The position numbers and the translations under genes are program-made. The notes beneath the pieces are model-generated. The model ran no database searches, was not told the DNA's origin, and worked only from the letters and a program-made list of their open reading frames with translations. From contig NIVC01002820.1 in assembly GCA_002269645.1 (NCBI GenBank), positions 74,082 through 138,081 on the forward strand: DNA of 64,000 bases, given 5' to 3'. Positions 1 through 10,598 of this stretch are shown one piece after another. How positions within the stretch are numbered: position 1 is the first letter of the stretch; every line of letters begins with the position of its first letter. This DNA is from Macrostomum lignano (taxonomy: Eukaryota).

Positions 1-576
1 TCAAAAAATAAACAATGAGCAACTAATCAACATCAAGTTTTAGGTGAAACTCGGCAAGAAGCCATCGGAATGCCTCCAGCTGCTTTGTGCTTTAACATAG
101 AGATGATGCTATGTCTCAGGCAAGAGTGTATTAGTGGCACAAGCGATTCCGGGGATGGACGGGAGAGCGTCAAAGATGGTGACAAAGTTCCTCAATGACG
201 ATCAGAAGCAGCTGCGATTGGTCATCGGGACATTGAGACAGTTTTTGGCCAAAAGACTGGTCGCAGAGTTGCGCCATCCACCTTATTCACCGGATATGGC
301 GCCGTGTGATTCCTGGCTCTTTCCCTAGGTGAAGCAGGTTCTCAAAGGATCCAGATTTGAAGACTTGGATGCCATCAAGGAGAGTGTGACAGGGGTGCTG
401 AGGGGCATCATGAAGGAGGACTTCCAGGGCTGCATCAGGAGCTGGCACCAGCAATTGAGGCAATGTGTTGAAAGTGGCGGCAATTACTTTGAAGGGTGCA
501 GTTGACTGAATTTGCATTTATTTGTTCAGAAAGTTTTTGTAGCTAAATTCTCGTTACTTTTTGGCCACACCTCGTA
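1..576 (+). mobile_element. Decayed, internally deleted mariner (Tc1/mariner) transposon, 3' end with terminal repeat
   Basis: Fragments of mariner transposase across frames: EQLINIKF*VKLGKKPSECLQLL, MSQARVY*WHKRFRDGRESVKD, KFLNDDQKQLRLVI, HPPYSPDMAPCDSWLFP*VKQVLKGSRFEDLDAIKESV...CVESGGNYFEG. Stops, frameshifts and internal deletions are present. Mariner-type terminus ...TTACTTTTTGGCCACACCTCG ends at 574, followed by TA (575-576). Confidence 0.9.
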
Positions 577-798
577 CATGGATGTGCTAAGTAGGCATGT
601 ACTGATAATAATGACTGAAATTCATCCGAAATGTTCACTAAGTCCAATTCAAGTTGCTGCAATTGAGATTAAAAATTGTCACACTTTAGTTAAGAAAAAG
701 CTACATTTATGTACAACTCGACCATATGGAATCTTTAAACACTATTAAAGCAGATTGCAGATCAAATCTAAAACTCACTTGTTCGAAAAACCTCCCAG

Positions 799-2245
799 GT
801 ATCGGTCAGTGAGACGCGCATCCTGCTGTGCTCATTCTACACCATCTCCCGCCGAGTAGTGCTGAACGCCTACAGCAAGGAGCCGTTCCAGCTGCAGGCG
901 GAGATGCGGCTGGACTTCTCGCCAATGCGCTACGTGGACTCTGGCGCCGAGATCATCTGGTTCGAGGGTGGGCCGCAGCAGCACCGAGTCAAGATTCGAT
1001 ATGTCACCATCGATCAGGGTTTTTTCGTTGGTAAGTTAAATTTAAATTACTTGATGATGGTGATTTACAAATGATCCCAGATCGCAGATTTGAAAATGAT
1101 TAAGCGGCATGTAAAAAATGAAATTATAAAAGTGTAGTGAGTCACTAGTATTACTGTTTGGTGTCTCACTCTAGTCAGCAGTTCCCGTTCCCTCGCTCTG
1201 AGCTGTCGCCTGCCGCTGGGGCACAGCTCCCATCTTTTGCTCTCTGTTCCTGTTCCCGCCCCGTTTTTCCCCGTGTTCTGTTTGCAGTGCTGGGCAGCTT
1301 GGCCCAGCCTGCTCTTGGTTCGCGCTCTGTGGCTGTCACCAGTGCTTTGTTAGTGGACTGTCTGTTTTCCCGTCTCAACGTCACTAGTGGCTTCACTAGT
1401 GGGCCTTTTCCCCTTTTTCATGGGAACTAGTCTGATGACAAGCTCTGGCTCCCTCCGCAGTCCAAAGTACAGTAATTTCAAGAAGGCTTCCGCTTAAAGC
1501 AGACGGAGAGCTCAAAACACTGTGCTAGCGCAGCCTGAGAAGCACAAGTACTTCAAAAGGACGCTATTGTGACACTGTACTCGGCACATTAACTCTGGAC
1601 AATGTCAAACCCTAACTTTTTTTATGCTATATGCAATATGCGATTTGCTACTATATACACATGTACCTGTTTAAAGTGCCGAATCCTAAAAGCGTCTAAC
1701 CCTACTAATATTTTTAAGCCGACCAGGAGGACTCCCTCAGTCTACTCGTACCCAGTCGCTTCACGGTGCCATGGCTGGGCTCAGTCTGGCTGTTTGCAAA
1801 CAGACGAGGCCAACTTCAGGTGCTGGAGTGCCCGCATTTTAGCGGCGGCGGCTCGGTGGCCTACTTTGGCGGATTCGGACGCGCCGACTGTCAGCTGTGC
1901 ACCAGTGTAGAGCTGCACAGGGAGAGCCGGTCGCTGTTCTCGATGGAGATGATTAGAGAGCTCGTTGGTCGCTATGAGGCTGATGAAACTGGCGACTGTC
2001 CCGTGTTTATTATTTACCACACTTCGGGCACTGCAAAGATTGCTAAGACCAATTCAGGCGCAGATGCTAGCGCCGACTACGGCGAGCCTGTTGTCGATCC
2101 TGTGGCAAATTTAGCACCGAATCCTAGCAGATACAGCACCCTTTCGGCTAGCAGTCGCGTCACCGATCCTGTAGATGGCGCTATATCATCCTGCTCTAGT
2201 CCTGGCGGAAAATACACTATCAACTCTCAGCGCGATAGTCTGTAG
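799..2245 (+). CDS. Last two exons of an unidentified protein (possibly CABIT/Themis-GAREM-like; upstream exons not seen)
   Basis: Exon 799-1030 (cctcccag acceptor, gtaagt donor, phase 1) splices in frame to exon 1719-2245 (ctaac branch-like site, tttttaag acceptor, stop TAG 2243-2245). Product: VSVSETRILLCSFYTISRRVVLNAYSKEPFQLQAEMRLDFSPMRYVDSGAEIIWF...QGFFV-A-DQEDSLSLLVPSRFTVPWLGSVWLFANRRGQLQVLECPHF... GC-rich codons. The exon structure is well supported; the family call is weak. Confidence 0.75.
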
Positions 2246-3330
2246 CTGGATCGATATTTAAGCTACGCAATTATATACATGTAGACCGCACGTGTATTTT
2301 CATGCCCATATGGAAGCTTATCTTGAAAAATTACGAAAATCAGATTCCATTCCGATGCATGTGTACTACCAGTATTTGAAATGGATTGATGATTCTATTG
2401 CCATTGGCGGAACTTGATCTGCGTGATGAATGTACCTAAATGATTATTTACATGTACCAATTAATCCAAAACTGCTCATGGAGTTTGATTGTTACATGTA
2501 TAGCTCAAAGTATATTGTTGAATAAATTCAGAATGTTAACCATAGTTTATGATATCATAAACAAAAAAATGTTGTGCTTACACTAAGTACATTCACATGT
2601 GTGCACAATTTTCTCTGTTGGGAACCGATATGGTGCTGTAAAATACAAAATCTGTGTAAAAGGCGTGTAAGTATGTTGCCGCATATTGTACGTGTATTTG
2701 CAGATGCACATTTACTTGCTACTGCAACACCAATTGAACTTACCAGCTAGCTTTCAAGCCATATTGTAGACAAGTGCAACTTAATTTTACGGCTACGGCC
2801 TACCCTGCGAATTCTCACCGAACCTAGCTGTCACTCATCAGCGATCCAGCTTCATTTTTATGCATATATACCCGATGTATGCATATACATGGATACATAT
2901 ACACATATATACACAGAATGCCATATATACATGTTGGCGCGGGGTTGACTTACTTGTGAAATGTTATTGTCTTTACTGTCAGTAGACTACGTAAATGTAT
3001 CCTTTTTTTGTATAACTTCTGTGTATATTCTAGAATCGGTTTTTATATGTCGGCAAGTGATAAATTTCCAGCCAATCAATAATGTTGCCCATGCAGCTTC
3101 CACGTAACTTTCAGCCAATCTGTCGCTGCTAACATTTATAACGTTTTGATCTACGAGTATTATTAATAACACATTTTTTCGTCGCTACTCTGAAAAACGT
3201 GGCCAACTCAGCAATTGAGCGCAAGCTGAATACATCGCTTTCTTGGACTACATGCATTCTGTTCTGTTCGTTCTTGAGTACCAAGGTCTGCTACGCTGCG
3301 CTAGATTTACTTCGTCATACATCATGTCAG

Positions 3331-4090
3331 ATGTTCCTGTCCTCGTCCGTTGAAGGCGCCCAGCGCCAGATCAACAGGCTGGTCGAGGTGGCATCGAGCG
3401 TTGGTCTGATCGTCAACACGGTAAAGACCGAGGTGCTGACTGTGCCGGCCGACATCCCAGCAGACACCTGACGTGCCGCGGCGCATAAGGGCAGACGACC
3501 AAGCTCGCACGCTGCCAGCGGTTCACCTACTTCGGCGGTCTGGTGCCCCACGTGAAAGAGGACCTCCGGCGGCGCAGAGGACTTGCCTGGGCCGCCTTTC
3601 GTTCGACCCGAGCCGTCCTCCGGCCCCCAGTCCGAAGCGCATACCCGACCGCGAGAGGGCTCGGCTAGCTGTGGCAGGCGGTGGTCGAAACCGTCCTGCT
3701 ATACAACGCCGAGACGTGGGCGCTGACGGCTACGCTTGAGCGGCAGCTGGACTCGGCGCACTCAGGGCTGCTCCGTGCGGCCTTTCGAGTGACGAGAGCG
3801 TCGGGACCGAGGTCCTGTACGATTGGGCCAAGATGCAGCGCCCGTCCACCATCCTACGCCGGCGGCGACTTCAACTGGCGGGCCACGTAATCCTGCTCAC
3901 CTTACAGGGTCCGTTCAGGCGGGGTCAGGCCCGAACCCGTCGATACGTGGACTGCCTGCTGTGCGACGCTGGGGCGCCCGATACTGCCAACGGAGCGGAC
4001 TTTGTTCGCTCCCAGGCTCTGCGGCGTGCCATCTGACGCGCCCTGCTCTAACTGTGACCTCTGCTTGCAGGGCCGCGTATCAATTGATGT
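3331..4090 (+). mobile_element. 5'-truncated degenerate non-LTR retrotransposon (RTE-like), RT C-terminal/thumb region
   Basis: LSSSVEGAQRQINRLVEVASSVGLIVNTVKTEVL; RFTYFGG...DLRRRRGLAWAAF; VETVLLYNAETWALTATLERQLDSAHSGLLRAAF; STILRRRRLQLAGHV. These are typical post-YADD LINE motifs, broken by frameshifts. Ends are approximate. Confidence 0.85.
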
Positions 4091-4539
4091 TGTTGTTATG
4101 CCAGATGTGCAGATATTTTAAATCTAGTTATTTCACACTTGAACAGCATCATTAATTTATTAGTATGATATTTTTATCATTGAGAAATGTAGGAGAAATA
4201 CAACCGATGCATAAAGTGAAATTTATAACCCTTAAAACCTTTTGATTTTTGTTTTAAAAATTCCAGTTCTAACAAGCTATTTTCAAAGTTCCTATCGTGC
4301 AATTCGTTTTTTCCAGGAAAGTATACGATCGAATGTGTCCGGTCCTTCATTTCAGTTTCTAGTTTTGTCCTAGGCTTATTTAATTTTTATTGGCCTTGTC
4401 TTGCTTTCAGTCCATCTATCTAGTTTTTGATTTTAGGCCTATTGTAACGCAGGCGACACAGCTAGTCTACTCTTCCGTTAAATAGACGGTAAAACTTGAT
4501 AGGCCATAGGGCGCCGGGCGGTAGGCCTATTGTCAGTAT

Positions 4540-4800
4540 CAGTGGCGGATCTAGAGTTTCATTTTGGGGGCGGATGCGGTCTAAGTTTGGGGCGCCAACA
4601 CAAGTATAAGGGGCGCCAATTTTTAAGCTAGGGGTGCAAAAACTGCGTATAGATGGGGGCGAAAAATCAAGCTTAGGGGCGCCAAAAATGCGTGTAGGGC
4701 CGTAGGGGCGAAAAGTCAAGCTTAGGGGCGCAAAAAAGGTGTTTGGGGCGAAAAATCTAGTTTAGGAGGCGCAAACTTAGGTTTTTGGGAGGCGCAATAT
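4540..4800. mobile_element. Partial MITE/hAT-like end with repeated GGGGCG(C/A) motifs
   Basis: Begins CAGTGGCGGATCTAG, a terminus type common in invertebrate non-autonomous DNA elements, followed by about 10 (A/G)GG(G/A)GGCG motifs. The matching inverted end was not found. Confidence 0.35.
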
Positions 4801-5344
4801 GTTCTGTCAAGCAATATGATCTAGGACCAAATGTTGTGGCAGCGACATGGATGTAGGGCTAAGGGGCAAACTCGTGTTATTCACTTGCTTTATGTCAATT
4901 TTTACTTGATAGTAATACTAGGTTAAATAGAATGCATTATGCACACAGCTTGACTAGTATATAGGTTGGCCCCTTTTTAAACTTTGGGCCTTTGGCCTTT
5001 ATTAGGCCTGCCCTAGCTATAGGGCTTAGTCAATGAGACAAGTTGGACAACAACTAGTATATAGGCCCTAGTAGGCCTAGTGCATTGCACTGTGTAGTGC
5101 ATATTATTTCTCTTATAAATAGGGGCCTAATATGGCTAATAAGTGAATAAATTTCTATTTGTTTATTCTTTCTCTAGTAGTTTGGTTTAATATTTTAGTT
5201 TTACAATTATAAGTTTACATGTATAGTTCATAGTACATTTCTGCTGCCCTACATTCACATTTTACTTAAAAGTTAGTAGAATCCATAGTTTATTCTACAA
5301 TTTACTAGGCCTGCCCTACTCTATTATAGATTCTATATTTTATT

Positions 5345-6030
5345 GTGCTATTCTATTCACATTCCACTATAGATTCTGCATTTTACTATGTTAGGCCTAG
5401 CCTATTCTATTCCAATTCTACTATAGATTCTGCATTTTACTATGTTAGGCCTAGCTTATTCTATGTCAATTCTACTATAGATTCTGCATTTTACTATGTT
5501 AGGCCTAGCTTATTCTATCTCAATTCTACTATAGATTCTGCATTTTACTATGTTAGGCCTAGTCTATTCTATTCCAATTCTACTATAGATTCTGCATTTT
5601 ACTATGTTAGGCCTAGCTTATTCTATCTCAATTCTACTGTAGATTCTGCATTTTACTATGTTAGGCCTAGTCTATTCTATTCCAATTCTACTATAGATTC
5701 TGCATTTTACTATGTTAGGCCTAGTCTATTCTATTCCAATTCTACTATAGATTCTGCATTTTACTATGTTAGGCCTAGCTTATTCTATCTCAATTCTACT
5801 GTAGATTCTGCATTTTACTATGTTAGGCCTAGCTTATTCTATCTCAATTCTACTGTAGATTCTGCATTTTACTATGTTAGGCCTAGCTTATTCTATCTCA
5901 ATTCTACTGTAGATTCTGCATTTTACTATGTTAGGCCTAGCTTATTCTATCTCAATTCTACTGTAGATTCTGCATTTTACTATGTTAGGCTTAGCCTATT
6001 CTATTCCAATTCTACTGTAGATTCTGCAAC
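5345..6030. repeat. 54-bp tandem repeat, about 12-13 copies
   Basis: Unit CTAGCTTATTCTATCTCAATTCTACTGTAGATTCTGCATTTTACTATGTTAGGC with minor variants. It explains the 18-aa periodic ORF 5345-6040. Confidence 0.95.
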
Positions 6031-6793
6031 TTTGTACTAGTTATACAAATTTTTCTTTTGACTACAAATGCAACCTCTTGCAATTTACCAAAAGAAGATA
6101 AGTTTTTTAATAAAATTTATGATTTTTTTGAAAGATTTATCAATTTTTACAATTTACCTTTGGTTTTCTATAATGTATATTAGTTAGGTTGGCAAGGTTA
6201 GCTAGTATGCCTAATTGTAGTTGTATATATATAAAAAGGCCTTTCTTTTAACAAAAAATTGTTAAGTAGGTAAAAAGCTAGTGGTTTTTTTATAACTCAT
6301 AGTCTTAGTTTACTACTAGTTTGTTTAATATCAAAAATTTCTTGATGACAAATCTTAGCATTAGTAGGTAATAAAAAATTCTAAAGGCTTTTTGGGTAGA
6401 TATTAGTAGGCCTACTATTATACAGAAAATAAGACAGAACCTCCTAATCAAGTCTAATCAAGCCTAATCCTAATCAAGAATCCATTTATAATTGCAAATG
6501 ATGATCTAATAGAGAAATAAATCTTTTTTCAGCTTGGTTATCAGATATATAGCCAATATGGGCATGTGGCACCTTCAAAAATATGTCCAACTTTTTAGTC
6601 TAGGCTAGAATGAGTAAAGGTTATGTCAATGTCTTATTATATTATCACTTAATATAATTTTCTGACAAATCTATTGGTTTTCTATAGGTTATTTCCAGTT
6701 AGCTTTCAATAGCTATTTTCAAGCTTGTCATGCTCAAACTACTTTTTATTTGACTAATATTTACAAATCGAATTCCAGTGTTCAACATCAACC

Positions 6794-9700
6794 ATGGATG
6801 ATGCAGAGACAGAGAGAGTGCAAGTTTCCTTTGTGACTAAGGATTCTAAGTGAGTTTCATTCTGGTGTCTATCATAAAAATAAGTCTAACTGTACTGTAC
6901 TAAAACAGAGTCGAAATGCTACTTGTTTACATGCTTTTAGATTTTCTGTTAGCAACTATCCGATCTATGTTCAACTGGACAGCGGCAGGGGGACCTCAGT
7001 GACATGGTTAAGAGTCTTCTGGCCTCAGATCATGGTGAGTCCTGATTGCACGGTGGTTTTTACTGCATTTCCAGTCTCCATCCCTCGTCAACAACTTCCC
7101 AGTCTCCGTCCCTCATCAACTACTTCCCAGTCTCCGTCCCTCGTCAACAACTTCCCAGTCTCCGTCCCTCATCAACTACTTCCCAGTCTCCATCCCTCCA
7201 ACTACTTCCCAGTCTCCATCCCTCATCAACACTTTCCTGTCTCCGACCCTCATCAACACTTCCCAGTCTCCGTCCCTCATCAACTACTTCCCAGTCTCCG
7301 TCCCTCATCAACTACTTCCCAGTCTCCGTCCCTCATCAACTACTTCCCAGTCTCCATCCCTCATCAACACTTTCCAGTCTCCGACCCTCATCAACAACTT
7401 TCCAGTCTCCGTCCCTCATCAACTACTTCCCAGTCTCCGTCCCTCATCAACACTTTCCAGTCTCCGACCCTCATCAACAATTTTCCAGTCTCCGTCCCTC
7501 ATCAACAACTTTCCAGTCTCCGACCCTCATCAACTACTTCCCAGTCTCCGTCCCTCATCAACAACTTCCCAGTCTCCGTCCCTCATCAACTACTTCCCAG
7601 TCTCCGTCCCTCATCAACTACTTCCCAGTCTCCATCCCTCATCAACACTTTCCAGTCTCCGACCCTCATCAACAACTTTCCAGTCTCCGTCCCTCATCAA
7701 CTACTTCCCAGTCTCCGACCCTCATCAACAACTTTCCAGTCTCCGTCCCTCATCAACTACTTCCCAGTCTGCGTCCCTCATCAACACTTTCCAGTCTCCG
7801 ACCCTCATTAACACTTTCCAGTCTCCGACCCTCATCAACTACTTCCCAGTCTCCATCCCTCATCAACACTTTCCAGTCTCCGTCCCTCACCAACTTCTCC
7901 CCAGCCTCCACTCTCCATCCCTCATCAACACTTTCCAGTCTCCGACCCCCATCAACACTTTCCAGTCTCCGACCCTCATCAACAACTTCTCAATCTTCGT
8001 CCCTCATCAACTACTTCGCAATCTTCATCCCTCACCAAATTTTCCCGTCCCAATGCCTCATCAACAATTTCCTGTCGTCATTCTCGATCAAAACCACCCA
8101 GTTCCCATTCATTTGCTAGCAGTAATCCTCTCGGATCCCCTTCCTCTTGAATCTCGCAGCCTCCGAGGACGCAAACTCCGGTCCGACGCCAGCTGAGTTC
8201 GAATTTCTGGTGCAGGACGAGCTGCTGGTCGGCAGTCTTCGCCAGCTGGTCGAGGACCGCGGCCTGGCCATGGACGCCGTTCTTCGCGCCGAATATTTCC
8301 CCCGGCGCTCTGCTCCGGCGCCGTATGCCGAGCTGGCGCTGGGCAATCTGGTCAGCTGCGTGCGCGCCCGCGGCCGGCACCTCCTAGTCGGTTGCTATGA
8401 CTACAGCGTAGCCATTGGCGACATTGACGGTGGCACCGAGCTCAGCCTGAAGCTGCCCGACGCTCACGAGAAAGAAGTGAAAGCCGTCGATTGGCTGACT
8501 ACGACGACCGATGGTCAAGGCGACGCCGACAGTAGCTGCGAGTTTGTGTCGGCCGGGCACGACCAGGACTGCCGGATCTGGCGCTGGGAGGCCGGCGCTG
8601 CTCGCTGCCTGGCCGTGTGCAAGGGCCACGCATCCTCCGTGCTCTGCGCGGCCGGCAGTCCCGGCCCGGCGTTCGGCCATTTCGCATCCGGCAGCTTCGA
8701 CGGCCAGGTGAAACTTTGGCGCTCCAGCGACGAGGGCACGGCGGCTGAGACAGGTGCGCTTTTGTGTGAACTTCTCTTTGCTTTGAGGTCTGCCCACCAC
8801 CTGGATTATCTGATCCCAGTTGCTGTACCCCCCTCGGATCTTCAGTTGCTGGGCCACCTGTCATACTCTCGGATCCTCAGCTGCTGAGCCAGCCTTCCAG
8901 ATCCTCAGCTGCTGGGCCAGCCTCTCAGATCCTCAGTTGCCGGGCCAGCCTCCCAGATCCTCAGCCTCAGTTGCCGGGCCAGCCTCCCAGATCCTCAGCC
9001 TCAGTTGCCGGGCCAGCCTCCCAGATCCTCAGCCTCAGTTGCCGGGCCAGCCTCCCAGATCCTCAGCCTCAGTTGCCGGGCCAGCCTCCCAGATCCTCAG
9101 CCTCAGTTGCCGGGCCAGCCTCCCAGATCCTCAGCCTCAGTTGCCGGGCCAGCCTCCCAGATCCTCAGCCTCAGTTGCCGGGCCAGCCTCCCAGATCCTC
9201 AGCCTCAGTTGCCGGGCCAGCCTCCCAGATCCTCAGCCTCAGTTGCCGGGCCAGCCTCCCAGATCCTCAGCATCAGTTGCCGGGCCAGCCTCCCAGATCC
9301 TCAGCCTCAGTTGCCGGGCCAGCCTCCCAGATTCTCAGTTGCTGGGCCAGCCTCCCAGATCCTCAGTTGCTGGACCAGCCTCCCAGAGTGTCAGTTGCTG
9401 GGCCAGCCTCCCAGATCCTCAGTTGCTGGGCCAGCCTCCCAGAGTGTCAGTTGCTGGGCCAGCCTCCCAGAGTGTCAGTTGCTGGACCAGCCTCCCAGAT
9501 CCTGAGTTGCTGGGCCAGCCTCCCAGAGTGTCAGTTGCTGGGCCAGCCTCCCAGATCCTCAGTTGCTGGGCCAGCCTCCCAGAGTGTCAGTTGCTGGGCC
9601 AGCCTCCCAGAGTGTCAGTTGCTGGACCAGCCTCCCAGATCCTGAGTTGCTGGGCCAGCCTCCCAGAGTGTCAGTTGCTGGACCAGCCTCCCAGATCCTC

Positions 9701-10309
9701 AGTTGCTGGGATATTATTAGCGCTCACTAACAGTCGCTCTCCTCTCACCGACCAGGCGGCATCAGCCACCAGAGCAAGCACTCCGTCCCCAGCCGAGTGC
9801 CGTTGCGCACCCTGGCTGGGCATCGCGACGCTGTCCACGCCGTGGCCTACGCCGGCGCCAATCAGCTGTTCTCCGGCGGAGCCGACTGCAGCACCCGCCT
9901 GTGGGACGTGGAGGTTGGCGCCGAGTCCGCCCTGCTTAGGGCGCCGAGCGCGGTGCTCAGCCTGCACAGCCGGCCGGACGGCCGCGCCCTGCTAGCCGGT
10001 TGCGCGGGTCCGCAGCCCCGACTGTACGATCCCAGGAGCTCCGGGGACACCCTGATCGCGTGCTTCAACGCCCACGACACCTGGGTGTGCGGGGTGCGCT
10101 GGTGCCCCCAGCCCGGCAGTCAGCTGTTCGCCAGCTGCGGCTGCGACACCGTCGTTAAACTTTGGGACCTGCGCTGCACGAAAGCGCCGCTGTACGAACT
10201 GAGGGACCACAGCGGCATCGTCACCAGCGTTGACTGGTCGGAGACCGGCCACGTAGTGTCCGGCAGCGCGGACTGCACAGTGAAGATCTTCAAAGCTGAT
10301 TTGGTCTGA
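6794..10309 (+). CDS. WDR12: Ribosome biogenesis protein WDR12/Ytm1 (NLE/UBL domain plus WD40 repeats), 4 exons
   Basis: Exons 6794-6849 (MDDAETERVQVSFVTKDS), 6941-7034 (FSVSNYPIYVQLDSGRG-DLSDMVKSLL; needs +1 G in the G run 6988-6992), 8160-8753 (EFEFLVQDELL...EYFPRRSAPAP...WD repeats) and 9756-10309 (VPLRTLAGHRDAVHAV...VKLWDLRCTKAPLYELRDHSGIVTSVDWSETGHVVSGSADCTVKIF). All introns are GT-AG with compatible phases. Motifs match WDR12 (EFDFL, VKLWDTRSCKAPLYDL, SGGADN). Confidence 0.93.
7068..8010. repeat. 27-28-bp minisatellite in WDR12 intron 2
   Basis: Unit CCCTCATCAAC(T)ACTT(C/T)CCAGTCTCCG(T/A), roughly 30 copies, degenerating at the right end. Confidence 0.95.
8835..9710. repeat. 34-bp/28-bp minisatellite in WDR12 intron 3
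   Basis: Units GGGCCAGCCTCCCAGATCCTCAGCCTCAGTTGCC (34 bp, left block) and GGGCCAGCCTCCCAGA(TCC/GTG)TCAGTTGCT (28 bp, right block). Confidence 0.95.
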
Positions 10310-10598
10310 CCAGTCGTGTTTTATTTGAAAGTTTTCCGCACTGACGAAGGTTTTCCTGTCCTCCCTCCGGTTCAGTTTTTTTGCAATCCGTTTTTTATCT
10401 TCGCCTTGTTCTCTGTGCATTTCAGTCGCTAGATATACTACTACTGTTAGCGAGTTGTCAGTAGTATAGTAAGAAAATACAAGCTGTCTACCTTTTTGGC
10501 CGTTATTGGGCCTTTTTGGATTGAAAAACAGAAATATTGGCGAATCGGTTCTATTGAACTTTTTTACTTCTGGTTTGCTGTAGTCACTTTACAGCCTT

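Noticed and set aside
2380-2500. TGATGA box C-like motifs (possible C/D snoRNA)
   Set aside because: No suitably placed CTGA D box or terminal stem, and the site is not intronic.
6999-8119. Long ORFs of 270 and 357 aa
   Set aside because: They are translations of the 27-28-bp minisatellite inside WDR12 intron 2, whose splice sites and phases are accounted for.
8820-9995. Pro/Gln/Ser-rich ORFs of 166-391 aa
   Set aside because: Products of the 34/28-bp minisatellite in WDR12 intron 3.
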